Source: an uncultured Eubacteriales bacterium (GTDB lineage Bacteria; Bacillota; Clostridia; Oscillospirales; UBA644). From it: 57,891 nt of DNA. The stretch is taken from contig CAKSQP010000001.1 of NCBI GenBank assembly GCA_934486965.1, forward strand, positions 1-57,891. The letters run 5' to 3'. This document shows, piece by piece, positions 39,223 through 51,263 of this stretch. Under the pieces are notes generated by a model. That model was not told the origin of the DNA. It worked only from the letters and a program-made list of their open reading frames with translations, and did no database searches. Position numbers and translations under genes: made by a program. Positions within the stretch are counted from its first letter, which is position 1. Each line of letters starts with the position of its first letter.

Positions 39223-41091
39223 TCAGACCATTTTGAAATAAATTAAAAGGACCGAAACGTCCGCGGGACTGACTCCCGAAATACGGCTTGCCTGCCCGAC
39301 GTTCTGCGGTTTTACTTTATTTAGTTTCTGCCTTGCTTCAAGCCGCAGACCCGCTATCTGCGAATAGTCGAAGTCTTCGGGCAGTTTTTTTGTTTCGAGT
39401 TTTTTGAACTGCTCGACCTGCAGGAGTTGTCTTTTTATATATCCGTCGTAGCGGATATCGACCTCGGCGGCTTCGGTTATATAGTCGGGAAGATCGGGAC
39501 GGTCTTTATCGACGGGGGCGAGCATTTCATACGAAAGTTCGGGGCGTTTCACAAGGTCGGAAAGCGAAATTCCCGTAACTATCGGCGTGCTTTCCGCCTT
39601 TTCGAAAATTTCCGAAAGGACGGGAGAAGGCGGAATGAAAGTTTTCTTCATTCTTTCTTTTTCCGCTTCGATTTTTGCCTGTTTTTCAAGGAATTTTTGA
39701 TATCTTTCCTCCGAAATAAGCCCTATTTCATGACCTGTCGGAGTAAGTCTGCGGTCGGCGTTATCCTGCCTTAAAATAAGGCGGTATTCGCTCCGCGACG
39801 TCATCATTCTGTACGGTTCGCGCGTTCCCTTTACGACCAGATCGTCGATAAGCGTTCCGATGTAGGAAGTTGAACGGTCGAGAACGAGCATTTCGCGGTT
39901 TTTGCAAAGCATTGCGGCGTTTATTCCCGCGATAAGCCCCTGAGCGGCGGCTTCTTCGTAGCCCGAAGTGCCGTTGAACTGACCCGCGCCGAAAAGTCCC
40001 GAAACTTTTTTCGTTTCAAGGGTCGGGCGCAGTTCGAGAGGGTCTATGCAGTCGTATTCGATAGCGTAGGCGTTTCGCATGACCTCGGCATGCTCGAACC
40101 CGACAAGAGAGCGTATCATCTTTATCTGAACGTCTTCGGGAAGAGACGAACTCATTCCCTGCAAATACATTTCTTCGGTTTTTTCGCCCATCGGCTCAAG
40201 GAAAAGTTGATGTCTTTCCTTATCGGCAAAGCGGACGACCTTATCTTCGATACTCGGGCAGTACCGCGGACCTATCCCGTGGATATTTCCCGAATACAAC
40301 GGCGAACGGTGGAGATTTTCGCGTATTATGCGGTGCGTTTCGGCATTCGTATAGACAAGATAGCACGGCAGTTTGTTTTTGCCGATGAATTTTCCCTCGT
40401 TTTCAAAGGAAAACGGCACTATTTTGTCGTCGCCCTCCTGAACCGACAGTTTTTCGAGGTCGACAGAACTTTTTCTTATTCTTGCGGGCGTTCCCGTCTT
40501 GAAACGCATGAATTCAAGCCCGAAAGCCTGCAAACTTTCCGAAAGCCCCTTTGACGCGAACATTCCGTCGGGACCCGAAGAATAAGAGACGTCCCCGACG
40601 AAAATTTTACCCTCAAGATATGTTCCCGTGGCGATAACGACGGCGTTTGCCGAAAAAACCGCACCGAGGTGGGTCGTCAACAGGAATTTTCCGTCTTTTT
40701 TCTCTATTTTCTTTATCTCCGCCTGTTTCATAAACAGGTTTTTTTCGTGTTCGAGAGTGACTTTCATCACTTCCTGATATTTACGTCTGTCCGCCTGAAT
40801 ACGGAGCGAATGGACGGCGGGACCTTTGCCGCGGTTCAACATTCTGCTCTGCAAAAAGATTTTATCGGCGGCTTTTCCCATTTCGCCGCCCAAAGCGTCA
40901 AGCTCGCGGACAAGATGCCCCTTTGCCGTTCCGCCTATCGACGGATTGCAGGGCATATTTCCGACGGCGTCAAGGCTAATAGTGAAAAGAGCCGTACGAC
41001 AGCCGAGACGGGCGGCGGCAAGCGACGCTTCAACTCCCGCGTGTCCCGCACCTATGACAGCAACTTCGAAATCCTCCGCAAAATATTCCAT
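39223..41091 (-). CDS. mnmG: tRNA uridine 5-carboxymethylaminomethyl modification enzyme MnmG (GidA)
   Basis: The 622-aa ORF has the FAD motif [12 protein letters not shown] and the segments [11 protein letters not shown] and [15 protein letters not shown]-like [19 protein letters not shown]. Confidence 0.95.
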   Translation of the reverse strand: MEYFAEDFEVAVIGAGHAGVEASLAAARLGCRTALFTISLDAVGNMPCNPSIGGTAKGHLVRELDALGGEMGKAADKIFLQSRMLNRGKGPAVHSLRIQADRRKYQEVMKVTLEHEKNLFMKQAEIKKIEKKDGKFLLTTHLGAVFSANAVVIATGTYLEGKIFVGDVSYSSGPDGMFASKGLSESLQAFGLEFMRFKTGTPARIRKSSVDLEKLSVQEGDDKIVPFSFENEGKFIGKNKLPCYLVYTNAETHRIIRENLHRSPLYSGNIHGIGPRYCPSIEDKVVRFADKERHQLFLEPMGEKTEEMYLQGMSSSLPEDVQIKMIRSLVGFEHAEVMRNAYAIEYDCIDPLELRPTLETKKVSGLFGAGQFNGTSGYEEAAAQGLIAGINAAMLCKNREMLVLDRSTSYIGTLIDDLVVKGTREPYRMMTSRSEYRLILRQDNADRRLTPTGHEIGLISEERYQKFLEKQAKIEAEKERMKKTFIPPSPVLSEIFEKAESTPIVTGISLSDLVKRPELSYEMLAPVDKDRPDLPDYITEAAEVDIRYDGYIKRQLLQVEQFKKLETKKLPEDFDYSQIAGLRLEARQKLNKVKPQNVGQASRISGVSPADVSVLLIYFKMV

Positions 41092-41100
41092 AATATCCCC

Positions 41101-42441
41101 CTATTTTCCTACGCAGAAACGCGAAAAAATGTTTTCTATAATTTCTTCGCTTACCGTTTTTCCCGTCATTACCGAAAGGCTTTCTATCGCCTCTTCAACG
41201 TCGCACAGCAAAACGTCGGGCGTAAGATCTATATTTTCAACAGCGTTTTGAAGAGCGGTAAGCGCCGACCGAATGCAGGAATACTGTCTTGCGTTCATGA
41301 CGGTCTCGTCCGCCGCCGTCTTACCCGAAACGGTGTCGGTAATGATTTTTTCAAGTTCTGAAATTCCGATATCGTTTTCCGCGCTTATCGTCACTTCGCC
41401 GTCAAAGCCCGTAAGTTTTCTGTCAAAAACCTTTTCTTTATCGCATTTATTATATACGGCGATTTTTTCGGCATTTGAATTTTTAATGAGCGAAAGCGTT
41501 TTTTCGTCGTCTTTGTCAAAAGGACGCGCAAGGTCGAAAAGGCAGAGAATGAGGTCCGCCGTCTCTGCTTTTTCCGCGGCGCGCTCAACGCCTATCTTTT
41601 CGACGGCGTCTTTGCTTTCCCTTATTCCCGCTGTGTCGAAAAGCCTGAGTTTAAGACCTCCGACCGTTACGGTTTCTTCGATAACGTCGCGGGTCGTGCC
41701 CTCAATATCGGTGACAATGCTTTTATCGTAACCCGAAAGACGGTTCATAAGACTGCTTTTTCCGACGTTCGGTTTTCCCGTTATACAAACGCGCAGTCCG
41801 TCTTTGATTATCTTTCCGCTTCCGTAACTTTTTTCCCATTTTTCGAGTTTTTTGCAGTATTCGGTTATCTTTTTGCGAAGTTCGGCGGCGGGAACGTCGA
41901 TAATTTCGTCGTCGGGATAGTCGACATACGCAAGAATATCGGCGGAAAGGGAGATGAGCCCTTGTCTGAGTTCTTCGGTCTTTGCCGAAAAGCCGCCTTT
42001 TATCTGTAAAAGGGCTATTTCCGCCTCTTTTTCGCTTTCCGACTCAATGAGGTCGATGACAGCCTCCGCCTGAACGATATCCATTTTTCCGTTTACGAAG
42101 GCTCTTTTCGAAAATTCGCCCGGCAGGGCAAGTCTCGCGCCCTTTTTTATAAGAAGCCGCTGAATTTCGGCGGAAACAAAAGGACTTCCGTGGCAGGAAA
42201 TCTCGGCGACGTCTTCGCCCGTATAACTTTTCGGCGCGCGGTAGACCGTGACGATAACGTCGTCTTTTGTTTTGTCTCCGTCGACAATATATCCGTGATG
42301 AGCGGTATAGCCCTCGGCGCTATCTATGGGTTTTGAAAAAATTTCGCCGAGGATTTCAAAAGTCCTGCTTCCCGAAATGCGGATAAGCGCCGCCGCGGAT
42401 ACCCCGACGGGGGTCATCGGCGCGAAAATCGTATCTTCCAT
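41101..42441 (-). CDS. mnmE: tRNA modification GTPase MnmE (TrmE)
   Basis: G1 motif GKPNVGKSSLMN, motif DTAGIR, motif NKCD, and the C-terminal CVGK motif. Confidence 0.95.
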   Translation of the reverse strand: MEDTIFAPMTPVGVSAAALIRISGSRTFEILGEIFSKPIDSAEGYTAHHGYIVDGDKTKDDVIVTVYRAPKSYTGEDVAEISCHGSPFVSAEIQRLLIKKGARLALPGEFSKRAFVNGKMDIVQAEAVIDLIESESEKEAEIALLQIKGGFSAKTEELRQGLISLSADILAYVDYPDDEIIDVPAAELRKKITEYCKKLEKWEKSYGSGKIIKDGLRVCITGKPNVGKSSLMNRLSGYDKSIVTDIEGTTRDVIEETVTVGGLKLRLFDTAGIRESKDAVEKIGVERAAEKAETADLILCLFDLARPFDKDDEKTLSLIKNSNAEKIAVYNKCDKEKVFDRKLTGFDGEVTISAENDIGISELEKIITDTVSGKTAADETVMNARQYSCIRSALTALQNAVENIDLTPDVLLCDVEEAIESLSVMTGKTVSEEIIENIFSRFCVGK

Positions 42442-42488
42442 AATGTCACCTAAAAACGAAGGTCAGGTCCAATGACCTGACCTTTGTA

Positions 42489-43361
42489 TTACTCTGCAAA
42501 ATTAGATTTGTTTTCTTCGTTTTCAACGATATGTCCGGGGAAGAGGACCTTTACCTTTTCGACGGGCTTCGGTGCCGCCGGAGTTCTTCCGCGGTTGTCG
42601 TTTCTTCTTCTCGGGCGTCCCGAGTCGAGAGCCGAGGAATTGAACGGTCTGCCGCCGCCTCTTCTGTCGGAGTTTCTTTCGTTTCTTCTTTCGGAAGATC
42701 TTCCGCCGTCTTCTTTTTTGACAAACGGTTTATCGGGTCCGTCGTAAGCAATGACGACTTTTCTGTTGGGTTCGGTTCCGACCGAGAAAGTCGTTATATT
42801 TTCAAAATCGTGAAGTCTCGAATGAACAATTCTTCTCTGATAAGGAGTCATCGCCTTGAGCGTTACTTTTCTCTTTGTTCTCTGAACCTGTTTTGCGGTC
42901 TTTACCGCGAGGGCTTCGAGGCGCGCGGTCGATTTTTCCTTATAATCGTTGATGTTGAGAGTTATTTTGTAATTTCCGTCAAGAACTTTGTTGACGGTGA
43001 CTGCCAGTATAAACTGGAGCGATTCGACAATATCCGTATTTCTCTTGGTATAGCAGTCTATTTCGTCGCCGTTAAGTTGTATATTAACGACGTTTTCGTT
43101 CACTTCGATATTTTCTTCGTAACGGGAAACTCCCATTTTAAGAAAGAGGTCTTTAAGATAACTGCTTATAAAACCTTCGGGTCCGCTCTGTTCGGTGACC
43201 TTTATGGAAGCGAGTTTTTTTATTCTTCCGAAAAGGCCCTTTGTTTCCATTTCGACGACCTCGTAAGAAAGGTTGTCTTTGGAAACGCCGAGTTCTTCGC
43301 AGGCGTTGAGTACGGCATCGTCAATGGTTTTTCCTGTGAAAATCTTTTCCATTTTTGCCAT
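42489..43361 (-). CDS. jag: Jag/KhpB RNA-binding protein (Jag_N-KH-R3H) with an R/G-rich tail
   Basis: It sits downstream of yidC and has an R3H segment MTPYQRRIVHSRL. The C-terminal tail is RRNERNSDRRGGGRP... Confidence 0.85.
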   Translation of the reverse strand: MAKMEKIFTGKTIDDAVLNACEELGVSKDNLSYEVVEMETKGLFGRIKKLASIKVTEQSGPEGFISSYLKDLFLKMGVSRYEENIEVNENVVNIQLNGDEIDCYTKRNTDIVESLQFILAVTVNKVLDGNYKITLNINDYKEKSTARLEALAVKTAKQVQRTKRKVTLKAMTPYQRRIVHSRLHDFENITTFSVGTEPNRKVVIAYDGPDKPFVKKEDGGRSSERRNERNSDRRGGGRPFNSSALDSGRPRRRNDNRGRTPAAPKPVEKVKVLFPGHIVENEENKSNFAE

Positions 43362-43378
43362 ATCCTTCTTTATTTGAA

Positions 43379-44344
43379 TTATTTGTTTTCTTCGTTTAAG
43401 TCTTCTCCGTTGAGTTTCGCGGAGGTTTCTTCCTTTTTGAGTCTTTCCATTTTCTGGATCTGGTTATAGTTCAGTTTCTTTTCTTTTACCGGCTTTTCTG
43501 GAACTTTTTCTTTAATAAGTTTTGCAAGAAGCACGGTCTGGAGTATTGTGAGAAGGTTGGTGAATATCCAGTAAATACAAATACCTATCTGGAACGAATA
43601 GCCGAGAAAAAGGGTGATGACCGGCATAATATAGAGCATTGCGTTCATGCCGGGGTTTTTCGCCGCCGAATCCGTCTGATTTATTTTCTGGGAAACTATC
43701 GTTACGGCAAGAGAAGAAAGCGCCGCGAGTATCGGCAGGATAACGGTTATCGTCCATGCAAACTGCGGGGTATCGCCGAGGTTGAGTCCGAGAAAATTAA
43801 GGTTTATTCCCTTATATCCGGTTTCCGCGATAACACCCGACAAAGCGTCGGAATTTGCGTTTATATCCTTTATAAGGGTAAGTTGGTTTACGGTCTGATA
43901 GGTTATCTTGTCGCCGTAGGATATTCCGAGATTTGTTACGGCGTTGAAGAGTTTTTCGATGTTTGCCGCCGACATATCGAGAAGATAGGTAAGGGGCTGG
44001 CGGATATTTGTCCAGAGAGAAAGGATAAGGGGAAGCTGGATAAGCTGCGGAAGACAGCCTGAAGTCGGGCTGTAACCCTCTTCGGTATATATCCTCTGCA
44101 TTTCTTCCTGATATTTCGGATCTCTGGTGTTGTTTTTGTATTTCTGCTGAAGTTGCTGGATCCGCGGCTGAGCCTTCATCATCTTTCTTCTGCCCTTTTC
44201 GGCTTTTATTCCGAGCGGCAAAAGACAGATTTTCGTGACAAGCGCGAAAAGCAGGATAGCCACGCCGTAGTTCTGCACCAAAGCGTAGCAAAGTCTCAGT
44301 ATCATACCGATAGGTACGTTTATAATATCGAAAATACCGTTCAT
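43379..44344 (-). CDS. yidC: Membrane protein insertase YidC/SpoIIIJ
   Basis: The 321-aa polytopic ORF has the segments MMKAQPRIQQLQQKYK and GCLPQLIQLPL, and sits in the conserved rnpA-yidD-yidC-jag order. Confidence 0.9.
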   Translation of the reverse strand: MNGIFDIINVPIGMILRLCYALVQNYGVAILLFALVTKICLLPLGIKAEKGRRKMMKAQPRIQQLQQKYKNNTRDPKYQEEMQRIYTEEGYSPTSGCLPQLIQLPLILSLWTNIRQPLTYLLDMSAANIEKLFNAVTNLGISYGDKITYQTVNQLTLIKDINANSDALSGVIAETGYKGINLNFLGLNLGDTPQFAWTITVILPILAALSSLAVTIVSQKINQTDSAAKNPGMNAMLYIMPVITLFLGYSFQIGICIYWIFTNLLTILQTVLLAKLIKEKVPEKPVKEKKLNYNQIQKMERLKKEETSAKLNGEDLNEENK

Positions 44345-44354
44345 TTCTTTTCCT

Positions 44355-44564
44355 TTACTTTAACGGATCGTATCCGCCCTTACTGAAAGGGTTGCATCTT
44401 AAAATCCGCCAAACGGCAAGACGCGTGCCTTTGAAAAATCCGTATTTTTCGTATGCCTCAAGGGCATATTCGGAGCAGGTGGGAACATATTTACAGCAGG
44501 GTCTTCTGTACGGAGAAATGTGTTTTCTGTAAAAACGAATAAGCCATATCGCGACTTTTTTCAT
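44355..44564 (-). CDS. yidD: Membrane protein insertion efficiency factor YidD
   Basis: The 69-aa ORF contains [14 protein letters not shown]. Confidence 0.92.
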   Translation of the reverse strand: MKKVAIWLIRFYRKHISPYRRPCCKYVPTCSEYALEAYEKYGFFKGTRLAVWRILRCNPFSKGGYDPLK

Positions 44565-44567
44565 TTT

Positions 44568-44912
44568 TCAATCCTCTTTTATAAGATCTTCCCTGCCGAA
44601 AGCATACTTCATATCCCTGACGATATCCTCTGTTTTGAGAAAAGGCGTTTTCGATTTCGACGCAATGACGAAATCATATCCCGTTTTCAAAGCAGGCTCG
44701 CACAGTCTGTACGCTTCCCTGATTATTCTTTTTGCCCGATTTCTTTTTACCGCGTTTCCCACCGATTTTTTTCCGACGGTAATCCCGAGCCTGTTTTCTT
44801 CCGACTTATTCGGTTTATAATACAGCACAAAAGAGCCGGTCACCCGACAATTTCCTTTTCTGTAAAGCTGTAAAAACCTTCTGTTGTCGCAAAGTGAAAC
44901 AGTCTTTCTCAT
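44568..44912 (-). CDS. rnpA: Ribonuclease P protein component
   Basis: The 114-aa basic ORF contains KSVGNAVKRNRAKRIIREAYR and lies downstream of rpmH. Confidence 0.92.
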   Translation of the reverse strand: MRKTVSLCDNRRFLQLYRKGNCRVTGSFVLYYKPNKSEENRLGITVGKKSVGNAVKRNRAKRIIREAYRLCEPALKTGYDFVIASKSKTPFLKTEDIVRDMKYAFGREDLIKED

Positions 44913-44918
44913 ATTGAA

Positions 44919-45053
44919 TTACAGAGAAAGCTGTTTTCTTCCTTTAGCGCGTCTTCTCGCAAGAACCTTTCTTCCGTTAGCGGTCTTCATTCTCTTTCTG
45001 AAGCCGTGTTCCTTGCTGCGCTGTCTTTTTTTAGGCTGATAAGTTCTGAGCAT
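44919..45053 (-). CDS. rpmH: 50S ribosomal protein L34
   Basis: The last 44 aa of the 349-aa track ORF read [44 protein letters not shown], preceded by a GGAGGGA RBS. The rest of that ORF is antisense to dnaA. Confidence 0.95.
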   Translation of the reverse strand: MLRTYQPKKRQRSKEHGFRKRMKTANGRKVLARRRAKGRKQLSL

Positions 45054-45158
45054 TTTATTCCCTCCTTTACAGAGAACAGTCCTTTTTACATTATACATTC
45101 TTAAAATGCCCGTGTCAAGTGAAAAAATCAAATTTTTTTCAAACTTTGAAAGCCGTAC

Positions 45159-45187
45159 TTGCCTAAATTTCGTTTTTATGCTATAAT
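45159..45187 (+). promoter_or_regulatory. dnaA promoter (extended -10)
   Basis: TTGCCT (45159-45164), 17 nt ending in TGC, TATAAT (45182-45187). Confidence 0.6.
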
Positions 45188-45227
45188 ACATTAGATATAT
45201 ATAATATATAAGTGAAAGGAAATTAAA

Positions 45228-46550
45228 ATGTCGGGCCAGATTGATATAATATGGAAAGCGGCGGCGGCTGAAATAAAAGCGAAAGTTTCTTCGACTTCCT
45301 ACGAGATATTCTTCAGAGACTTGAAACCCCTGCGCATAGACGAAAACATGAAACTTGTCCTGCAGGCTCAGAATACCGTTCAGAAAAACTTTCTCGAACT
45401 GAAATTCAGAAACGAAATAAAAGAGGCTCTTTCCGACGTATACGGCTTTGACGCGGATTTCGTCATAGTCTGCGAAGACGAAAACAAGACGGAAACGGAA
45501 ATAAAGAAAGAACCCGTTTTCAAGAAAACGTCCGATTCGGATTTTTATACTTTCGAAAACTTTATGGTCGGCGAAAGCAATAAATACGCCTATACGGTCT
45601 GTCGCGCGGTCGCCGAAAACCCCGGAACCGCATACAACCCGCTGTTTCTTCACGGAAGCACGGGTCTCGGTAAAACACATCTTCTGAAAGCGATAAAAAA
45701 TCAGATAGAAAAAGACCACCCGGATTATACCTGCTACTATCTGAGCAGTGAAAGTTATACGACCGAATTCATCGAAAGTCTGCGTACAAAGACAACTCAC
45801 GAATTCAAAAACAAATACAGGAACGCCGACGTCCTTCTTTTGGACGACGTTCAGTTCTTTGCGGGAAAAGAATCGACGCAGGAGGAGTTTTTCCACACAT
45901 ATAACTACCTCAAAGAGGGAAACAAGCAGATAATCTTGGCGTCGGACAGACCCCCGAAAGACATTCACCCTCTTGAAGAAAGACTTTGCGGAAGATTTGA
46001 GTCGGGCGCACTGATGTCAATTGAGTCTCCCGAACTCGAACTGAGAGTCGCAATAGTAAAAAACAAGGCGAAATACTATAACGTCAACATTTCCGACGAA
46101 GTGGCATACTTCATTGCGGAGACCATAAAAAACAACATAAGAAAAATAGAAGGCGTTATAAACAAAACAAAAGCCGATCAGTTTATAAAAGGGACCGCTC
46201 CGACCGTTTCTTCGGTAAAAAGCATTATAAGGGATATTTCGGAAGAAAACGAACCTCTTCCCGTTCTTGTCGACAAGATAGTGACCGAAGTCGCCCGTAT
46301 CTATAACGTCAAACCCGAAGACATAAAAAGCAAAAAGCGGCAGATGAACATTAAAAACGCCCGCCATGTCTCGATTTACATAATAAGGGAAATGACTTCC
46401 ATTTCTCTCAAGGATATAGGAACTTACTTTTCGAATCTCGACCATTCGTCGGTTCACCACGCATATAACACCGTCGCCGAAAAAACGGACACCGATTCGA
46501 CTTTCAGAGTTCATATCGAAGAGATAATGAGAAATATAAGGGAACAGTAA
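45228..46550 (+). CDS. dnaA: Chromosomal replication initiator protein DnaA
   Basis: The 440-aa ORF has Walker [12 protein letters not shown], the segment [13 protein letters not shown], and the C-terminal DNA-binding helix [10 protein letters not shown]. Confidence 0.97.
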   Translation: MSGQIDIIWKAAAAEIKAKVSSTSYEIFFRDLKPLRIDENMKLVLQAQNTVQKNFLELKFRNEIKEALSDVYGFDADFVIVCEDENKTETEIKKEPVFKKTSDSDFYTFENFMVGESNKYAYTVCRAVAENPGTAYNPLFLHGSTGLGKTHLLKAIKNQIEKDHPDYTCYYLSSESYTTEFIESLRTKTTHEFKNKYRNADVLLLDDVQFFAGKESTQEEFFHTYNYLKEGNKQIILASDRPPKDIHPLEERLCGRFESGALMSIESPELELRVAIVKNKAKYYNVNISDEVAYFIAETIKNNIRKIEGVINKTKADQFIKGTAPTVSSVKSIIRDISEENEPLPVLVDKIVTEVARIYNVKPEDIKSKKRQMNIKNARHVSIYIIREMTSISLKDIGTYFSNLDHSSVHHAYNTVAEKTDTDSTFRVHIEEIMRNIREQ

Positions 46551-46817
46551 GTTTTCCGAAAGTTATCAAAACGGTTTCCACAGTTTTCAACGCGGAACAC
46601 TGAATTTTTTCAACAAAGTTTTCAAAAAGCGGCGGTTGAAAAAATGTTGAAAAGATTTTCTCGGTTTTCAAAAAATTTTCAACAGGTTTTCCAATTTCAG
46701 AAAAATACGTTTTTTACCTTACCGAAAGGATAAAAACGGGTTTTCAAAAGTTTTTACACTCCCTATTACTTCTATAAAAATAATATATATTATATATACA
46801 CAGAAAGGTGAACTGTC
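46551..46817. other. oriC (dnaA-dnaN intergenic): cluster of DnaA-box-like repeats plus an AT-rich unwinding element
   Basis: At least 9 copies of (G)TTTTCAA(C/A)A occur in both orientations (e.g. 46583-46591, 46607-46615, 46618-46627, 46635-46644 rc, 46645-46654 rc). There is also TTATCAAAA (46563-46571) and GTTTCCACA (46574-46582). The AT-rich stretch ATAAAAATAATATATATTATATATA lies at about 46773-46798. Gene strand switches at rpmH/dnaA. Confidence 0.8.
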
Positions 46818-47924
46818 ATGATACTGTCCTGTGATAAAAACGTAATATCCGAAGGCGTAAATATAGTAAGCAAGGTAATTTTGGCGAAATCCCCCGTACC
46901 TGCGCTCGAGGGTATTCTTTTCGAAGCGTATAACGGCGGAAAACTCAAACTTACGGGTTCGGATATAGACGTCGGCATAGAAACGTATATCGACGTTGAC
47001 GTCGAAAAAGAAGGAAGCATTATAGTAAACTGTAAACTGTTTTCCGAAATTCTGAGAAACTTAACTAACGACATAGTTAAAATAGAAGTCGACGATAAAT
47101 TCAATATGCATATTTCCTGCGGAGTCGTCAAATACACCATTCCGTGCATGAACCCGAAGATGTATCCGACAATTCCTATTTTCGATAAAGAAAAGAGCAT
47201 TAAAATAAAAAGAGGTCCTCTTTTCAGCATGATAAGACAGACTCTTTTCTCCGTTTCGATTTTTGACGCGAAACCCGTCCTCAAAGGTATACTTTTCGAA
47301 GTCGAAAAAGAAAGGATACGTCTGATAAGCAGTGATAACTACCGTCTTTCGATAAGAAAAGAAGATTTTGCGAGCAATTACGACGAGGCGTTCAAATTTG
47401 TCGTTCCGGGAAAAACGCTTACCGAAATAATAAAGATGAACGGCGAAGACGACGATGAAGTTTCTATCGGGATTTCGCACAATTACGCTTCTTTCGATTT
47501 CAGCGGAATAAGAGTAGTTACAAAACTTCTGAAAGGCGAATTCATAAACTATCAGAGCATAATTCCCGCGTCTTTCAAGACGGTCTGTAAGGTAAAGACG
47601 CAGGATCTCAAAAAAGCGGTCGAAAGAGCAAGTCTTCTTGTCGACGAGAAAGTCAGATTCCCCGTTAAATTCAGTATTGAATTCGATTCGATGATAATTT
47701 CTTACAGAAAGACCGAGGGACACTCTTTCAGCGACGAAATAGGAATGGAAAAGCAGGGCGACAGCCTTGAGATAGGTTTCAACAACAAATACGTCCTGAG
47801 TATCCTTTCGGTTATAGAAGACGAGGAAATTCTGATAAAACTCAATAATCCGCTTGCTTCGATGTGTATAACTCCCGTCGACGACGAAAGATTTTTCTAT
47901 CTCGTTTCGCCGATGAGACTGTGA
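46818..47924 (+). CDS. dnaN: DNA polymerase III beta sliding clamp
   Basis: The 368-aa ORF sits in the conserved position after dnaA. The segments PVPALEGILFEA and RLISSDNYRLS are typical of DnaN. Confidence 0.95.
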   Translation: MILSCDKNVISEGVNIVSKVILAKSPVPALEGILFEAYNGGKLKLTGSDIDVGIETYIDVDVEKEGSIIVNCKLFSEILRNLTNDIVKIEVDDKFNMHISCGVVKYTIPCMNPKMYPTIPIFDKEKSIKIKRGPLFSMIRQTLFSVSIFDAKPVLKGILFEVEKERIRLISSDNYRLSIRKEDFASNYDEAFKFVVPGKTLTEIIKMNGEDDDEVSIGISHNYASFDFSGIRVVTKLLKGEFINYQSIIPASFKTVCKVKTQDLKKAVERASLLVDEKVRFPVKFSIEFDSMIISYRKTEGHSFSDEIGMEKQGDSLEIGFNNKYVLSILSVIEDEEILIKLNNPLASMCITPVDDERFFYLVSPMRL

Positions 47925-47925
47925 T

Positions 47926-49011
47926 ATGTACTTAAAAGAACTTTCACTCGAAAATTTCAGAAATATAAAAAGCGAAAAACTCGAATTTTCCGACGGAGTA
48001 AATATTCTTCACGGAGACAACGCTCAGGGAAAAACAAATATCATCGAAAGTATATGGCTTTTTTCCTCGATGAAGAGTTTCAGGGGTGCAAAAGATTCCG
48101 ATTTCATAAAACAGGGCGAACTTTTCACCGATATAAAATGCGTTTTTGAAAAGAGAGACAGAGAAGTAAGAGGCGAAATAAGAATTGCCGACGGCAAACG
48201 CAAAGAGATAATAAAAGACGGAGTAAAAGTGCGGTCCGCCGAAATGGTCGGACAGATAAACACCGTTCTTTTCTATCCCGAACATCTGTCTCTTATAAAA
48301 AGCGGGCCCGAGATAAGAAGAAGATTTTTAGACGCCGCGATATGTCAGATAAAACCCGGTTTTTTCAGAATTTTAAGCGAATATTCGAAAGTGCTCGCCC
48401 AGCGCAATTTTCTTCTGAAATCGCAGAGAAAAGATATGCTTGAAACTCTCGACAGTTGGGATATGAAACTTTCGAAACTCGGCGGAATAATAACGAACAC
48501 AAGAAAAACATATCTTGAAAAACTTCTTGTTTTCGCCGAAAAAACCGTTGATGAAATTTCTTCGGGAAAAGAAAAAATGACAGCGGAATATCAGTCGTAT
48601 TCGGGAAAAGAAACGACTTCTGCCGAAGAAGAGGAAAAAGCGCTTTATAAAAAACTTAAGGAAAGTTTTTCGGAGGACGAAAGACTTTTCTGTACGACAG
48701 AGGGCTGTCACAGGGACGATTTTACGCTTTTTATAAACGGAAATACCGCAAAGATATACGGTTCGCAGGGACAGCAGAGGTCGCTTGTAATGGCGCTTAA
48801 ACTCGCCGAAGCGGATATCTGTTACGAATATAACGACGAATATCCCGTTATGCTTTTCGACGACGTTTTTTCCGAACTCGATTCTTTGCGTAAGGCTTAT
48901 ATAACCGAAAACATAAAGAACAGACAGGTAATAGTCACGACCTGCGAAAAAACGGAGTTTTTCGAAAACGCGAAATATTTCGGAGTTTCACAGGGAAAGG
49001 TCAGTGTGTAA
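47926..49011 (+). CDS. recF: DNA replication/repair protein RecF
   Basis: Walker A GDNAQGKTNIIE, SMC-like signature GSQGQQRSLVMALKLAE, Walker B MLFDDVFSELD. Confidence 0.95.
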   Translation: MYLKELSLENFRNIKSEKLEFSDGVNILHGDNAQGKTNIIESIWLFSSMKSFRGAKDSDFIKQGELFTDIKCVFEKRDREVRGEIRIADGKRKEIIKDGVKVRSAEMVGQINTVLFYPEHLSLIKSGPEIRRRFLDAAICQIKPGFFRILSEYSKVLAQRNFLLKSQRKDMLETLDSWDMKLSKLGGIITNTRKTYLEKLLVFAEKTVDEISSGKEKMTAEYQSYSGKETTSAEEEEKALYKKLKESFSEDERLFCTTEGCHRDDFTLFINGNTAKIYGSQGQQRSLVMALKLAEADICYEYNDEYPVMLFDDVFSELDSLRKAYITENIKNRQVIVTTCEKTEFFENAKYFGVSQGKVSV

Positions 49012-49277
49012 TGTATCTTCATATCGGTCTTAACTACATGATAAAAAAGAGCGACATTGTCGGAATATTCGATATAGAAACGACGACGGGTTCTACTATA
49101 ACGAAGCAGTTTCTGATGAAAGCGCAGAAGAAAAACAGAGTAATAACCGTAACTCCCGACCTGCCGAGATCTTATATCGTCTGTCGGGACGGCGAAAAAG
49201 AGTATGTTTATCTTACTTCTCTTTCGACGGCGACTTTGATAAAAAGAAACGAATCAAAAGAAAACATATTCATATAG
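49011..49277 (+). CDS. DUF370 protein (RemB/YaaB-like)
   Basis: The 88-aa ORF starts MYLHIGLNYMIKKSDIVGIFDIE and lies between recF and gyrB, as in other Firmicutes. It has a TAATG overlap with recF. Confidence 0.8.
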   Translation: MYLHIGLNYMIKKSDIVGIFDIETTTGSTITKQFLMKAQKKNRVITVTPDLPRSYIVCRDGEKEYVYLTSLSTATLIKRNESKENIFI

Positions 49278-51251
<1,974 letters not shown>

Positions 51252-51263
51252 GGAGGTAACATT

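Noticed and set aside
45054-45968. Upstream 305 codons of the 349-aa minus-strand ORF that ends in L34
   Set aside because: Only the last 44 codons (44919-45053) are rpmH, which has its own RBS. The remainder runs antisense through the dnaA promoter and coding region.
45054-46817. parS (TGTTNCACGTGAAACA) or other partition sites near oriC
   Set aside because: I looked for CACGTG-centred palindromes in and around the origin spacers and found none by eye. The absence is not proven without a pattern search of the full window and genome.
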